A stretch of 59,990 bases of DNA from a virus (Duplodnaviria > Caudoviricetes). Within the stretch, counting starts at the first letter, position 1. Every line of letters starts with the position of its first letter. A program made the translations under genes and the position numbers. Below are positions 38,079 through 47,832 of this stretch, piece by piece. The DNA lies in the IMG/VR virus record IMGVR_UViG_3300047095_000623, positions 1 to 59,990 of that record; one strand, 5' to 3'. A model generated the notes under the pieces. That model saw only the letters and a list, made by a program, of their open reading frames with translations. It was not told where the DNA came from and did no database searches.

Positions 38079-38431
38079 CGTAGTGTTTAATCGGCCTGTC
38101 TCCCCGGTATAACGGGAAGAGCGGGGCGGGTTTCTCATATGTCAGGCGGGCGGGCGCGGGAATGACGGGCAAACACCCTATATACTTTAGGAATATAAGG
38201 ACCAGGGACAGTATTGGATTGGACGGTTTCATGCCCCGCCATTCTGTCCTAGTGTTTAATCGGCCCGCCTAACTCCAAACGTGCGCGGGCGCGTACGCGT
38301 ACGCGTGGGACGCACCATGACACTGTGCAGACTATTTCTTGCCATCACCATCTTACCCTAGTGTTTAATCGGGTCGCCTAGTGTTTAACCCGCCCCATAC
38401 CCTAGTGTTTAATACATCCGCCTAGTGTTTA
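38079..38431 (-). repeat. cluster of six TAAACACTA(G/C) boxes
   Basis: TAGTGTTTAA near 38081, 38250, 38359, 38379, 38403, 38423. Confidence 0.8.
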
Positions 38432-38647
38432 ATACCCACATCCAGTGGGTTTGATATACATGATCACGCGGTCAGATTGTACTTCATCGTCGGGAAGTGC
38501 GTATAAACAGTTGACATCCTCACAGATCGCCACCGTTTGTCGAAGGATATCCGCCTGTTTATGGGCGTAGCTCAGGATTTGGCGGGCCATTGGGAGGTTG
38601 TAATCAGTCCCCGTCATCATAAGTACGTGCTCTTCGTGGGTGATCAT
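38429..38647 (-). CDS. hypothetical protein
   Basis: TAAACACTAG-CG-TAGAAT-N6-ATG. Confidence 0.65.
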   Translation of the reverse strand: MITHEEHVLMMTGTDYNLPMARQILSYAHKQADILRQTVAICEDVNCLYALPDDEVQSDRVIMYIKPTGCGY

Positions 38648-38653
38648 GTGTGT

Positions 38654-38671
38654 ATTCTACGCTAGTGTTTA
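38654..38671 (-). promoter_or_regulatory. representative phage promoter TAAACACTAG-N2-TA(G/T)AAT (about 35-40 copies in window)
   Basis: Fixed spacing to -10 hexamer and to ATG at many genes. Confidence 0.85.
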
Positions 38672-39039
38672 TTGTTAAAAAAGGGCGCATTCGGCCCTAG
38701 AGCAAAACAGGTTTTTTCCCTACTCCCATAAGGATTCCAGAAAATGGTCTCTAACAGGAATCTAACAGCAATTGCCCCCGAAAACGGACACAATAAACCG
38801 TTTTCGGGGGACTTTTGCCATGCCTACCAATCAAATCGTGCGCGTGTTATATAATACACTGCTAGTGTGCCACCACTGCAAATGTTTTATTACACTTAAT
38901 CAAGAATGTCAAAACAACTTTTTTACCATTTTCATTAAGTTATATTATTATCAAGACATTCTGTGTGAGAGTTTCGGACTCTGAGGGTGTTTAAATGACA
39001 CGTAATTCCCAATTACTGGCCATTACAAAGGGTACTGTG

Positions 39040-39411
39040 TCACCATAGGTCATCCTCATCAATCAGATCTTCGATCCGAACTGCGTCTTCATCCGGTTCC
39101 TTACGCTCTTCCATAATAACCGTTGCGGAACTGTGACAATTCACCCAATACACGCGGATCGCGAGACGTTTGAAATGTGTATCCTCCTCGATAATGATAA
39201 TCTTGGTGATATTGGATGAATTGGACCCGCCTTGTTCCCATGAGATAAAGTCATTCCAATAGTGATGTAAACATGTGGAGGCTACCACCACCATACCCTC
39301 AAGATGTTTAAGCAAGGCATTAAAGGCGGAAGTACCGATAACATACGAGTCTCCTTCGCTCGTTTCGGTGGTTGTGGTGGTCTCAATCAGTTGTGTGTAG
39401 GTCAGCTTCAT
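39040..39411 (-). CDS. QGG.N family paralog 1
   Basis: VASTC.H..W..F.S..QGG.N..RLA..V.W. Confidence 0.75.
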   Translation of the reverse strand: MKLTYTQLIETTTTTETSEGDSYVIGTSAFNALLKHLEGMVVVASTCLHHYWNDFISWEQGGSNSSNITKIIIIEEDTHFKRLAIRVYWVNCHSSATVIMEERKEPDEDAVRIEDLIDEDDLW

Positions 39412-39525
39412 GTGTGTATTCTAGGCTAGTGTTTATTGTTAGAAAATTGGTCGTTCCGACCTAGGACAGAATAGGTTCTTTCCCTACTCCCATATAGATT
39501 CCAGAAAATGGTCTCTAACAGGAAA

Positions 39526-39825
39526 TCAGGACTTTTTCTTGAACAAAACCGTCGTGGGAGTATCACAATCCATCCACCAGACATTGATCGCGAGTTTTCC
39601 GACCTCTTCCACAAGAATTTCAATGTGTTCAAGATTATTCATATTAGTACCACCTTGAGAGTATGAAGGGAACGCGGGCCACTCGTAATGTATACAAGTC
39701 GTCGCAACGAACGTATAATCATTCTTCAAACATTCAAGAAGCGCTTCAAACTCCGGTTCTTTGAAAGAAAACCCTTCTCCAACCTCAAAATCATAATCAA
39801 CCGTCGTTTGTTTGGTGTATTTCAT
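39526..39825 (-). CDS. QGG.N family paralog 2
   Basis: FVATTCIHYEW.AFPS.SQGG.N. Confidence 0.75.
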   Translation of the reverse strand: MKYTKQTTVDYDFEVGEGFSFKEPEFEALLECLKNDYTFVATTCIHYEWPAFPSYSQGGTNMNNLEHIEILVEEVGKLAINVWWMDCDTPTTVLFKKKS

Positions 39826-40101
39826 ATTCGTATTCTATTTTAGTGTTTATCGTTAAAACTCGCTCGTTCCGACCCAACAGAACGGTATAAATCGGTATTT
39901 TTTAGCATTCTCGCTAGTCTTTATATTTTTCGCTAGTCTTTTCGGTATTTTCTTATTCCCCCAAGTCCTTTACACATATCAGTGCAATGATAAAGATGAC
40001 ATTACCCACAATTGACAGGCTTAGTATAAGAAGGAGCCATATTATGAAGAAATCATTTATAATGCTCGTTATCATACACTTGCATTCAAAGATGGACGCT
40101 C

Positions 40102-40425
40102 TCAATCATTGATATTGCACATATCTTTGAAGATTACAACGGCGATTTGATCACCAGTCCATGTAACATTCAACGCAAGACGCCCCGAACCTTCATCGAT
40201 ATCAAGAATCTCAATCTTTACGATCCTCGAAAGGTTGCGACCCCCCTGAGAACCACTAGGAAAAGCTTTCCACTCACTATGCTCACAAGATGCCGCAACG
40301 AATGTAAGCTTCTTAAGTCTCTCCAGAAACTTGTTGAAAAACGCGGTGTCGTCCCTGATAATCTGTCCAACGTTGAGAATGATCTCAGACGTAACCAACT
40401 CTTGATACTTTACTGTGATTGCCAT
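40102..40425 (-). CDS. QGG.N family paralog 3
   Basis: FVAASCEHSEW.AFPS.SQGG.N. Confidence 0.75.
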   Translation of the reverse strand: MAITVKYQELVTSEIILNVGQIIRDDTAFFNKFLERLKKLTFVAASCEHSEWKAFPSGSQGGRNLSRIVKIEILDIDEGSGRLALNVTWTGDQIAVVIFKDMCNIND

Positions 40426-40446
40426 ATGTGTATTCTATTCTAGTGT

Positions 40447-40671
40447 TTATACTATGTCGGAAACCATCATTTCAATGACACAGAACGAACGTTCCCCGCA
40501 TTGAATCTCCAGATAATCCTCGGAATCATCCCGTTCCTCGTCAGTCAATGGACGGTTTAGATATTTTGCCGCAAGATCCTCGATCATGCTTTTTCCTTCG
40601 AATGCTGAAGAAACTTGCATGAGTTCTTCAAGACTATTATTCTCCACGATTGCCACGAATGTTGCTTTCAT
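40447..40671 (-). CDS. hypothetical protein
   Basis: Behind motif promoter. Confidence 0.6.
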   Translation of the reverse strand: MKATFVAIVENNSLEELMQVSSAFEGKSMIEDLAAKYLNRPLTDEERDDSEDYLEIQCGERSFCVIEMMVSDIV

Positions 40672-40831
40672 ATGTGTCTATTCTATCCTAGTGTTTATTA
40701 CAACCCATACCCGAATAAGGTTTGCTGGCATTCCAAGAGTACCAAAAGAGCGATAATCAATCCGCCCAACATATAGATAAGCGCCCGGAATAGAAGTTCA
40801 TCCCAATGGATTCCACGTAGACGTTTGATTA

Positions 40832-41056
40832 TCATATGTGTATATTAGTTAGTGTATATATGTCGTTGTCCCGGCAAACCAGTAAAATAAACATAAGGGT
40901 CAGTCCAATCGCACCAAGCGCACCGACCCACATATTGCGTACGCTTTGGTAAAGATCCCACGCCAATAGTTGTACGAGTTTGGGGGGAAACGGACCCACC
41001 TGTTGATGGGACGGTTTGTCGTTCCATGCCATAACTTCTTTGAGTAATGCGTCCAT
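40832..41056 (-). CDS. small membrane protein
   Basis: One TM. Confidence 0.45.
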   Translation of the reverse strand: MDALLKEVMAWNDKPSHQQVGPFPPKLVQLLAWDLYQSVRNMWVGALGAIGLTLMFILLVCRDNDIYTLTNIHI

Positions 41057-41073
41057 GTTATTGTATGTTGGGA

Positions 41074-41349
41074 TTAGTCAGCGATAACTTCAACATTGGC
41101 AAGGGGAACAAAAAGTTCCTTGTTGCCATAGAAAAGGTCGCGGGTGTCGGGTTCCGCATCACCATAACTTAATCCGCTACTGATACTAACGAGAACGAAC
41201 AACGGTTGAGCACTGTCCACTATAGAGGTTTTCATAACCATATAAATCGTTCCCGCCTTACGATGGCGAAAACAATCACCAACCTTCGGGTTGGAATAGT
41301 CATAGGGAGGAATCAGATCCTTTTTAAATGTGATTTTCTTATCGGTCAT
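41074..41349 (-). CDS. GDCFRH family paralog
   Basis: YDY..PKVGDCFRH..GTIY. Confidence 0.75.
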   Translation of the reverse strand: MTDKKITFKKDLIPPYDYSNPKVGDCFRHRKAGTIYMVMKTSIVDSAQPLFVLVSISSGLSYGDAEPDTRDLFYGNKELFVPLANVEVIAD

Positions 41350-41390
41350 GGTATTAGTATAGGCTAGTGTTTAAAGGTGTTTGTTGTAAG

Positions 41391-41672
41391 TTACTCGGCT
41401 TCAGAGATATCCACCTTGGAAAGCGGGGTGAACCTGCGTTCGTTATTGGAGAATACCTTACGATTACGAACAGGTTGGGAATAACCATAACTGACGCCAT
41501 CCGAAAGATCAATAAGCATATACAAAGACAGGTTTCCACCGGGAGCGGTGGTCATGGTGAGCATATAGATTGTTCCGGCTGTATGACGGAAACAATCCCC
41601 GATTTATGGTGAATCGTAGTTATACGGTTCAACTACGGGTTTCGGGCAACTAACGTTTACTTTGGTCTTCAT
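41391..41672 (-). pseudogene. GDCFRH family paralog with in-frame TAA at codon 23
   Basis: MKTKVNVSCPKPVVEPYNYDSP*IGDCFRHTAGTIY...FTPLSKVDISEAE; stop at 41604-41606. Confidence 0.85.
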
Positions 41673-41698
41673 ATGTGATTATTATAGGCTAGTGTTTA

Positions 41699-41977
41699 TT
41701 ACAGAAGGGTTGGGGTGACTTCGATCTTGGAAAGGGGAGTGAAACAATCCTTGTTTCCCATGAAGATTTCCTCGCTCAGACGCGACACGGGAGTACCATA
41801 GCACCACCCGTCAGCGATATCAAGAAGACCATATCGGTAATTTCCATTACTGTCCATAAACCTATAGACAATATAAACCGATCCAAGATTATGTCGGAAA
41901 CAATCCGCGACTTGTGGACGGGTGTAATCATATGAAACGGCGGGATTTGTTGGCTTTGCAAACGTTTTATTAGTCAT
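41699..41977 (-). CDS. GDCFRH family paralog
   Basis: YDYTRPQVADCFRH..YRYGLLDIADG. Confidence 0.75.
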   Translation of the reverse strand: MTNKTFAKPTNPAVSYDYTRPQVADCFRHNLGSVYIVYRFMDSNGNYRYGLLDIADGWCYGTPVSRLSEEIFMGNKDCFTPLSKIEVTPTLL

Positions 41978-41995
41978 TGTATTATATTTTTGGAG

Positions 41996-42271
41996 TTATA
42001 GAAGGGTTGGGGTGAGTTCAAGCTTGGCTATGGGGAGGAAACAATCCATGTTTCTCTTGAAAACGCCACCAATGTCGTCTTCCGGCGTACCATAAGGTCT
42101 GCCATCGGAAAGGTCGAGAAGACCATAACGGTAATCCCCATAAGAAACCGTGTTCTGGTAAACGATAAAAACCGTATCATACGTTTTGTGTAGGAAACAA
42201 TCCCCAACCTTTACAGTGGCGAAGTTATAAGCAGGAGCGGGCGTCGGTGGATTGACAATCTTTTTAGTCAT
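41996..42271 (-). CDS. GDCFRH family paralog
   Basis: VKVGDCFLH..YRYGLLDLSDG. Confidence 0.75.
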   Translation of the reverse strand: MTKKIVNPPTPAPAYNFATVKVGDCFLHKTYDTVFIVYQNTVSYGDYRYGLLDLSDGRPYGTPEDDIGGVFKRNMDCFLPIAKLELTPTLL

Positions 42272-42480
42272 ATTATTATCGGTTGGGATCAATAGGTGTG
42301 ATTGGTGCTGTGACTGGTAAGCGCACCCCGATAAGACAGGATAGGTGTTGCGCGGGAAGACAGGGACTTCTTAATGGTGTAAATCCCTTGTTTGCGGGGT
42401 TTTTTGAATGCCATGGAGACCCAACTTGATTGCAGCGACTTTTGTGGTGCTTTGAACATGACCTTATTATATGCTAGTGT

Positions 42481-43098
42481 TTAACTCACGATCATCGCGT
42501 ACTTCTTAGGGGCGACCCGTTTGATCGCTTCAAGAACTTCGTCCCACTTCTTATAGGTAATATTCTGACAACCAACGCGGAACGACTTGGCAAAGGCTGT
42601 TCCCCCATAACCATGTTGGGTAATATCTCCCATTATCCGAACTCGTTTGGGAGTCTTGGATGCTCGGGACTCTTTAACCGCCAGTGAGATTTGATGGACT
42701 TCCTCATAAGTAATGTTATACGATACAAGATGTACCGCCTCGGGCGTTATCAGGGCGGTGTGCTTATCCGTTCCCACATTTTTCACACACACGTATTCCT
42801 TATCGATCTTCTTTAGATATCGGGAAAGCTTTTGCATACCCTTGGGTTCCCCCATGGAGATACGTTTCCCCTCTCTGTAGATAGATGTGAGGCAGAGTCT
42901 TTTAGTTGTGATATCCACATAAAAGATGCGGCGGCTGGACGTCTCATATACCCGAGAATACCAATTACTGAAATCCCATAAGGACATTTTATTTTTATCA
43001 TTATTCAAGAAGGGATAACCAGCGTTCTCCAACATTTTAAACGCGAGATCCCGCTGTGCCGTAGTATCATATGTTACCAGAAAGTATGTATTGCCCAT
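42481..43098 (-). CDS. VGCQ-module family protein (apparently two modules)
   Basis: FRVGCQNITYKKWDE; degenerate upstream copy ITYEEV. Confidence 0.75.
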   Translation of the reverse strand: MGNTYFLVTYDTTAQRDLAFKMLENAGYPFLNNDKNKMSLWDFSNWYSRVYETSSRRIFYVDITTKRLCLTSIYREGKRISMGEPKGMQKLSRYLKKIDKEYVCVKNVGTDKHTALITPEAVHLVSYNITYEEVHQISLAVKESRASKTPKRVRIMGDITQHGYGGTAFAKSFRVGCQNITYKKWDEVLEAIKRVAPKKYAMIVS

Positions 43099-43111
43099 GT
43101 GGGTATTATAG

Positions 43112-43501
43112 TTATTGTTTAGTAATAGGAGTGAAAAGGTCACGGAAACCCGCACCAAAGATCTCATTGATATCTTCCCGTGGATCTGTGAAGCGATCAC
43201 CGCTAGACAGGTTGATCAGAGCGAAAATTTCCTTCCCGACCCTACACACCATGTACTCGGTACCATTATACATATACCGATCTCCCGGTGCAATGGGAGT
43301 GTTATAGGTGTATGAAACGTTTACCAAGGTAAGGCTTTCACGGCATTCATGAAATATATGCGCCCGTGTGGTATATCTATGGAGGTCGCCAGTACCAATA
43401 TTACATAACGCGCTCTCTCCATTAAATAGTGGTGTCACCACAAACAAAGCGCCATGCTCATTGACAAAATGATCACCCCTCATTGGTAAGTCCTTAATCA
43501 T
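43112..43501 (-). CDS. GDCFRH-related two-repeat protein
   Basis: PMRGDHF.. / APGDRY..LINLSSG..F.PI. Confidence 0.6.
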   Translation of the reverse strand: MIKDLPMRGDHFVNEHGALFVVTPLFNGESALCNIGTGDLHRYTTRAHIFHECRESLTLVNVSYTYNTPIAPGDRYMYNGTEYMVCRVGKEIFALINLSSGDRFTDPREDINEIFGAGFRDLFTPITKQ

Positions 43502-43527
43502 ATATGTATTATAGTGTAGTGTTTATC

Positions 43528-43917
43528 TCAGCACTCCAGCTTCGTTCGCGCCTCGACAATCTCTTCGATCTTTTTCCATGTAATTGTTTGGCATCCAACC
43601 GTGACGTTCTTCTTGGTAACTACCGCAGAATATTCTCCAACTCCTTGAACTGTAATAGCCATGGACCCATTCAACTCGCTAAGGATTTCCTCAATATCTT
43701 CTGGAAACTGGTAGTCATGATCCTTATCCCTATAACTTCCAGTTAGTTCCATGTCGGTCTTAACGTTGACAATGGGAAACCGTTCTTGAGGATACCGTGC
43801 TTGAACATCTTCCGTAGTATGCTCCTCCCCATGCCACTTATACCCATACTTCATCAGAAGGGATAAGAGACGCATTCTAGACTTGGCGGATTTCGTATCG
43901 ATTGAAAAATCTCTCAT
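43528..43917 (-). CDS. VGCQ-module family protein
   Basis: YSAVV..VTVGCQTITWKKIEE. Confidence 0.8.
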   Translation of the reverse strand: MRDFSIDTKSAKSRMRLLSLLMKYGYKWHGEEHTTEDVQARYPQERFPIVNVKTDMELTGSYRDKDHDYQFPEDIEEILSELNGSMAITVQGVGEYSAVVTKKNVTVGCQTITWKKIEEIVEARTKLEC

Positions 43918-43928
43918 ATGTTTGTAGT

Positions 43929-44330
43929 TTACTGGTTTTCCTTCTTCGCTCGGGCGGCTGCGATCTCATCAAACTTCTCCCATGAGATTGTCTGACAACC
44001 CACCATCAAATGATCCTTATACACTCTCGCGCTATAATCACCAACCCCTTCGATTACAATCGGAGCCGATTGATCAGACAGATCCGCAAGAATAATATAT
44101 GAATCTTGTGGAAACAGATGGGTGACATGCCTATAGTCGGAAGGATTTCCGGATATCTCCATGTCCTCGTCCAGCATAACAACAGGATAGTTATCCCATG
44201 AATACTTTTCATCGACATAGGATACCGTATAATCAGCGTCATTGTGCCACTTCGCACCCATCTTCATCAGAATGGATAGAAGCACAGTCCGGTGTTTTGC
44301 GGCATCTGTATGAATTGCGAAGCGTCTCAT
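43929..44330 (-). CDS. VGCQ-module family protein
   Basis: YSARV..MVGCQTISWEKFDE. Confidence 0.8.
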   Translation of the reverse strand: MRRFAIHTDAAKHRTVLLSILMKMGAKWHNDADYTVSYVDEKYSWDNYPVVMLDEDMEISGNPSDYRHVTHLFPQDSYIILADLSDQSAPIVIEGVGDYSARVYKDHLMVGCQTISWEKFDEIAAARAKKENQ

Positions 44331-44362
44331 ATGTTTATATTGTAGTGTTGATAGTGAAAGTG

Positions 44363-44737
44363 TTACAGCTCCCGTTGTGCGCTCGCGATATTATAAACTT
44401 CCTCAAGCTTATCAAACGGAATAGTTTGGCAACCAACCTTGGTGGTACCCATATGATCGATAACCGCATCATAGTTATCGGTCAACTTAACCGTGACAGG
44501 TTGCTTGATAACCTTGCGAATAACGAAGATAGGGAAGTTCCAGCCGAGATAAACCCCCCCGTCGCTGATTTCTTGAACCTCATGTTCCTTCCCCACATAA
44601 CCATCCATGTTTTGGTTCCATGAATCAGACCAACCCATTTCCCCCCTAGTCGCGGCATGAGTGACATATACCTTATCGCCCTCTTTAAGGCCCATAAGTT
44701 CGATCATCACTGTCTGTAGTTCTGCGTATGTTTTCAT
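44363..44737 (-). CDS. VGCQ-module family protein
   Basis: KVGCQTIPFDKLEE. Confidence 0.8.
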   Translation of the reverse strand: MKTYAELQTVMIELMGLKEGDKVYVTHAATRGEMGWSDSWNQNMDGYVGKEHEVQEISDGGVYLGWNFPIFVIRKVIKQPVTVKLTDNYDAVIDHMGTTKVGCQTIPFDKLEEVYNIASAQREL

Positions 44738-44768
44738 ATGTTTGTTGTGTTTGTATTAAAGTTATATA

Positions 44769-45155
44769 TTATGCCCGTTGTTTAAGAGCGGTGTTATAGA
44801 TCTCTTCCAGTTTGTCGAAGGGGATGATTTCATCGGACACCTTCACGGTTCCATTTGAATCAATCAGCACGTCATAATCCTTCGACAGATTGAGCGTAAC
44901 ATCAGGAACGCGGGATTCCGTCTTGGTAAGAACAAAGATAGGGAAACAATACCAATCGGCGTCCTTTAGAAATAGACCATTATCACGAATTGAATAAACC
45001 TCATAATTGTTACCAACAAAGGCGTCCATTTCCTTGACCCATGAGTTCCAGCCCAACTCATGAGTGGTTGCGCTCCTATTGATTGTGACCCGATCCCCCA
45101 CCTTGAGGGTCATAAGTTCCACCATCGTTGCCTGTAGTTCTCTGTATGTTTTCAT
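44769..45155 (-). CDS. VGCQ-module family protein (degenerate VSDE)
   Basis: Paralog of 44363; KVSDEIIPFDKLEE. Confidence 0.75.
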   Translation of the reverse strand: MKTYRELQATMVELMTLKVGDRVTINRSATTHELGWNSWVKEMDAFVGNNYEVYSIRDNGLFLKDADWYCFPIFVLTKTESRVPDVTLNLSKDYDVLIDSNGTVKVSDEIIPFDKLEEIYNTALKQRA

Positions 45156-45158
45156 TGT

Positions 45159-45515
45159 TTATTCTTCGTTGTATTTGTTGTAAATTGTTTCGGAGATTTC
45201 ATCCAGTTCGTCTTCAAATCTTCCAGCCGCATAATCACATATGGCGACCCCCGGTTCATTCCCAAGACAGAAAAAGATCGATGAGACATACCCATCCTTG
45301 GAAATATTGATCGATGCGACATGCCCATCCTTGGAAATATCTAAAGTCGCATCATCCACTCCAAGAATGTTTTCCAATGCTGTCTGGAATCCTAGATCGG
45401 AATCTTTGGTGTTGATAGGTTCCTCATCAACTTGTGTAAGGGTAAACCCTCGCTCGACCAATAGACTGAGAACGTCTTTCACTTCATTATAATAAGGATT
45501 ATCTTCCAGTTTCAT
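45159..45515 (-). CDS. hypothetical protein
   Basis: Internal ISKDG duplication. Confidence 0.6.
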   Translation of the reverse strand: MKLEDNPYYNEVKDVLSLLVERGFTLTQVDEEPINTKDSDLGFQTALENILGVDDATLDISKDGHVASINISKDGYVSSIFFCLGNEPGVAICDYAAGRFEDELDEISETIYNKYNEE

Positions 45516-45538
45516 GTGTGTAATGTGTTGAGGGTTAG

Positions 45539-45829
45539 TTACTTAACTTCGGTCCACTTACCGTTCCAAGGGTTGCCGTTGAGATATGGAGTACCTTTGT
45601 CCGTATGAATCTGTAGTCCGCGAAGACCATTAAGACGCTCGCGGGTTATCTTGGTGTTATGTCCTGCCAAGGTAATAGATAGATTATCCTTGGAATCCAA
45701 TCGGGCGATGGGGTGTCCATGTAAAGCCAGCAACGCGACCTTTCCCAATACGACAACCGCCGTATTGTTATCACACATCGGTTCACGATTTAGAAACGAC
45801 TCTTGAATCTTTTTGGTTCCCTTTCTCAT
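45539..45829 (-). CDS. hypothetical phage protein
   Basis: LHGHPIA..TRERLNGL. Confidence 0.6.
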   Translation of the reverse strand: MRKGTKKIQESFLNREPMCDNNTAVVVLGKVALLALHGHPIARLDSKDNLSITLAGHNTKITRERLNGLRGLQIHTDKGTPYLNGNPWNGKWTEVK

Positions 45830-45836
45830 GTGGTTA

Positions 45837-46106
45837 TTATATTCTAGTGTTTAACAGTACAGGATGAACAAACCCTGTATGTTTGGTTATCCAATTATAG
45901 AACGGATTGGGCTTGCTTCGACCTATAAGTTGAGGTTGACCCTTTGATATGTCAAACCTCCAGTGGTAAAACCTCATGGTATCCGTGGGCTTGAAAGCGG
46001 GCGAGGTTACTGTAAGTACCTCATTATCATTGGATACCACATAAAACCTATATGGTATCCAATGAAAGAGAATCCAGTCACCAACTTGGAAGTCCCTGCT
46101 GGACAT
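45837..46106 (-). CDS. hypothetical protein
   Basis: ORF. Confidence 0.55.
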   Translation of the reverse strand: MSSRDFQVGDWILFHWIPYRFYVVSNDNEVLTVTSPAFKPTDTMRFYHWRFDISKGQPQLIGRSKPNPFYNWITKHTGFVHPVLLNTRI

Positions 46107-46528
46107 TATCGGAAATCCTTGGTAATCTTAACCAGTTCGTCAAGCTTGTCCCATGTAATATGTTGGCAACCAACGTCGATCCCATCTTTAGAAACTTTCG
46201 CACTGTACTCATCAGTCAGTTGCATGATCACAGGAGACTTAGGGAATCCACCCGCCAAAAGATCCACGATCTCCGGGGCATTCTTCGGCCATTCGTACTC
46301 CATCATACCGCGTGAATTCCATGAATGACCACAGAAGTTGAGACGTTTATCGACACGAAGTCTTTCTTCCAATAGGATATATTCCCACCCGGAATACTTC
46401 TTATTAAGAGAGTTCACGTCCGAATCCCTCGTACCATCGTACCCGCTCTGGTATGCGTATCCTGCTTGTACCAAGATCGACAGTAAGAATGGTTGACTAG
46501 TCTTATCACATTTAATTTTAACGTCCAT
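46106..46528 (-). CDS. VGCQ-module family protein
   Basis: IDVGCQHITWDKLDE. Confidence 0.8.
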   Translation of the reverse strand: MDVKIKCDKTSQPFLLSILVQAGYAYQSGYDGTRDSDVNSLNKKYSGWEYILLEERLRVDKRLNFCGHSWNSRGMMEYEWPKNAPEIVDLLAGGFPKSPVIMQLTDEYSAKVSKDGIDVGCQHITWDKLDELVKITKDFR

Positions 46529-46560
46529 ATATTTATTTGTTTGTTTATTGAGATTTATAC

Positions 46561-46950
46561 TTAATGGTTGACTCCGACGAACTTTACAAGTTCTTTGAAC
46601 GTGTCATAAGGGATTAGCTGACAACCCACCTTGATACCGTCCTTAGTTAGTTCGGCGTTATAGTCCTTGGTAAGCTTGAATATAGGACAAGGAGAAAGTT
46701 CTTCGATGATCTTGATACAGTCAAGCGGCCAACTGTAATCCGTTTCTACCGTAGGCGCATAAGAAGTAATACTAAGAGTTTCGGTATTAAACCCTAGAAT
46801 GGGCCAATCACAAGTATTCACTTCATCGATGAAATGTTCCCATTTCGTATATTCCCAACTCCTCCGGTCATACACGTACCCATACTTGACCAACAGTTCA
46901 AACAATGGCCTGCGATTCGATTCTTGGGGAATATTGATTTTTACGTTCAT
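46561..46950 (-). CDS. VGCQ-module family protein
   Basis: IKVGCQLIPYDTFKE. Confidence 0.8.
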   Translation of the reverse strand: MNVKINIPQESNRRPLFELLVKYGYVYDRRSWEYTKWEHFIDEVNTCDWPILGFNTETLSITSYAPTVETDYSWPLDCIKIIEELSPCPIFKLTKDYNAELTKDGIKVGCQLIPYDTFKELVKFVGVNH

Positions 46951-46961
46951 ATGTTTAGAGG

Positions 46962-47363
46962 TTATTGTTTACGGACTTGTTTGGAAGCTTCCACCAACTC
47001 GTCGAACTTCTCCCATGTGATAGTCTGACAGCCGACTTGAATGTTCTTGGCGGAAACGGTGGCGGTATATTCCCCCACGTTGTCCACCACGATAACCTTG
47101 GTGGTAAGATCCTCGATGATCTGAGCGGCATCTTGCGGCCAAACGTAGTCTTCCGAACTTCCAGTCCCGCAAATAGATCCTGTAGGTTCTACGGCGATTC
47201 GTGGATACATATTAAAATCATATATCCTATTCACCAGAGCCGGATCTTGTGTGGTATCGTGTGAGTGTTTATGCCAGATGTATCCATATTGGAAAAGAAT
47301 CGCCAGCAAAGCCGTACGATCTTCCGATGTTTTGGTTAGTATTACCTTTCGTTCTTGTATCAT
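46962..47363 (-). CDS. VGCQ-module family protein
   Basis: IQVGCQTITWEKFDE. Confidence 0.8.
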   Translation of the reverse strand: MIQERKVILTKTSEDRTALLAILFQYGYIWHKHSHDTTQDPALVNRIYDFNMYPRIAVEPTGSICGTGSSEDYVWPQDAAQIIEDLTTKVIVVDNVGEYTATVSAKNIQVGCQTITWEKFDELVEASKQVRKQ

Positions 47364-47385
47364 ATTATTGTTTAGTTGTTGTAAA

Positions 47386-47820
47386 TTACAGATTACGAAT
47401 TTCCTTCGCGATCTCTGAAAGTTCGTCGAACTTCTCCCATGTGATATCCTGACAGCCAACAGTGATGCCGTCGATGCTAACCACTGCGGAATAATCATCC
47501 GTCAATTGCATCGTGACTGGTTGTGACTTCTTCAATTCCTTGCTGAGATAATCCAGTACTTCCGTTGCTTGGAAAGGCCATGCAAAAGTGACCACGCTAT
47601 CACCCTTTCGAGGATGCCAAGAATCATTACAGAAGTTAAGTTGCTTAGGATCTCTAGGATCTCCAGGATCTCTAGGTTCGATAAGAACGTATGCCCAATT
47701 GTTATACATACCAAGTTGCTCCACGGTTTTATGGTACTCTCGGGAGAAACCAGCGTTGACCAATACGGCCAGCAAAGAATTACGATGTTCTAGAGAACTT
47801 CCAATTTTAATGTTTGTCAT
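47386..47820 (-). CDS. VGCQ-module family protein
   Basis: ITVGCQDITWEKFDE. Confidence 0.8.
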   Translation of the reverse strand: MTNIKIGSSLEHRNSLLAVLVNAGFSREYHKTVEQLGMYNNWAYVLIEPRDPGDPRDPKQLNFCNDSWHPRKGDSVVTFAWPFQATEVLDYLSKELKKSQPVTMQLTDDYSAVVSIDGITVGCQDITWEKFDELSEIAKEIRNL

Positions 47821-47832
47821 GTTGTGTGATTA

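Larger units (their letters stand above)
38645..39524. repeat. 116-bp imperfect direct repeat (38645-38760 and 39409-39524)
   Basis: CATGTGTGTATTCTA.GCTAGTGTTTATTGTTA...TTCCCTACTCCCATA..GATTCCAGAAAATGGTCTCTAACAGGAA. Confidence 0.85.

Noticed and set aside
38079-38431. CRISPR array
   Set aside because: Repeat only ~10-11 bp with irregular, too-short spacers; same motif as the dispersed promoter box
47647-47677. 9-bp tandem repeat (PRD-PGD-PRD)
   Set aside because: Simple in-frame slippage; no evidence of function
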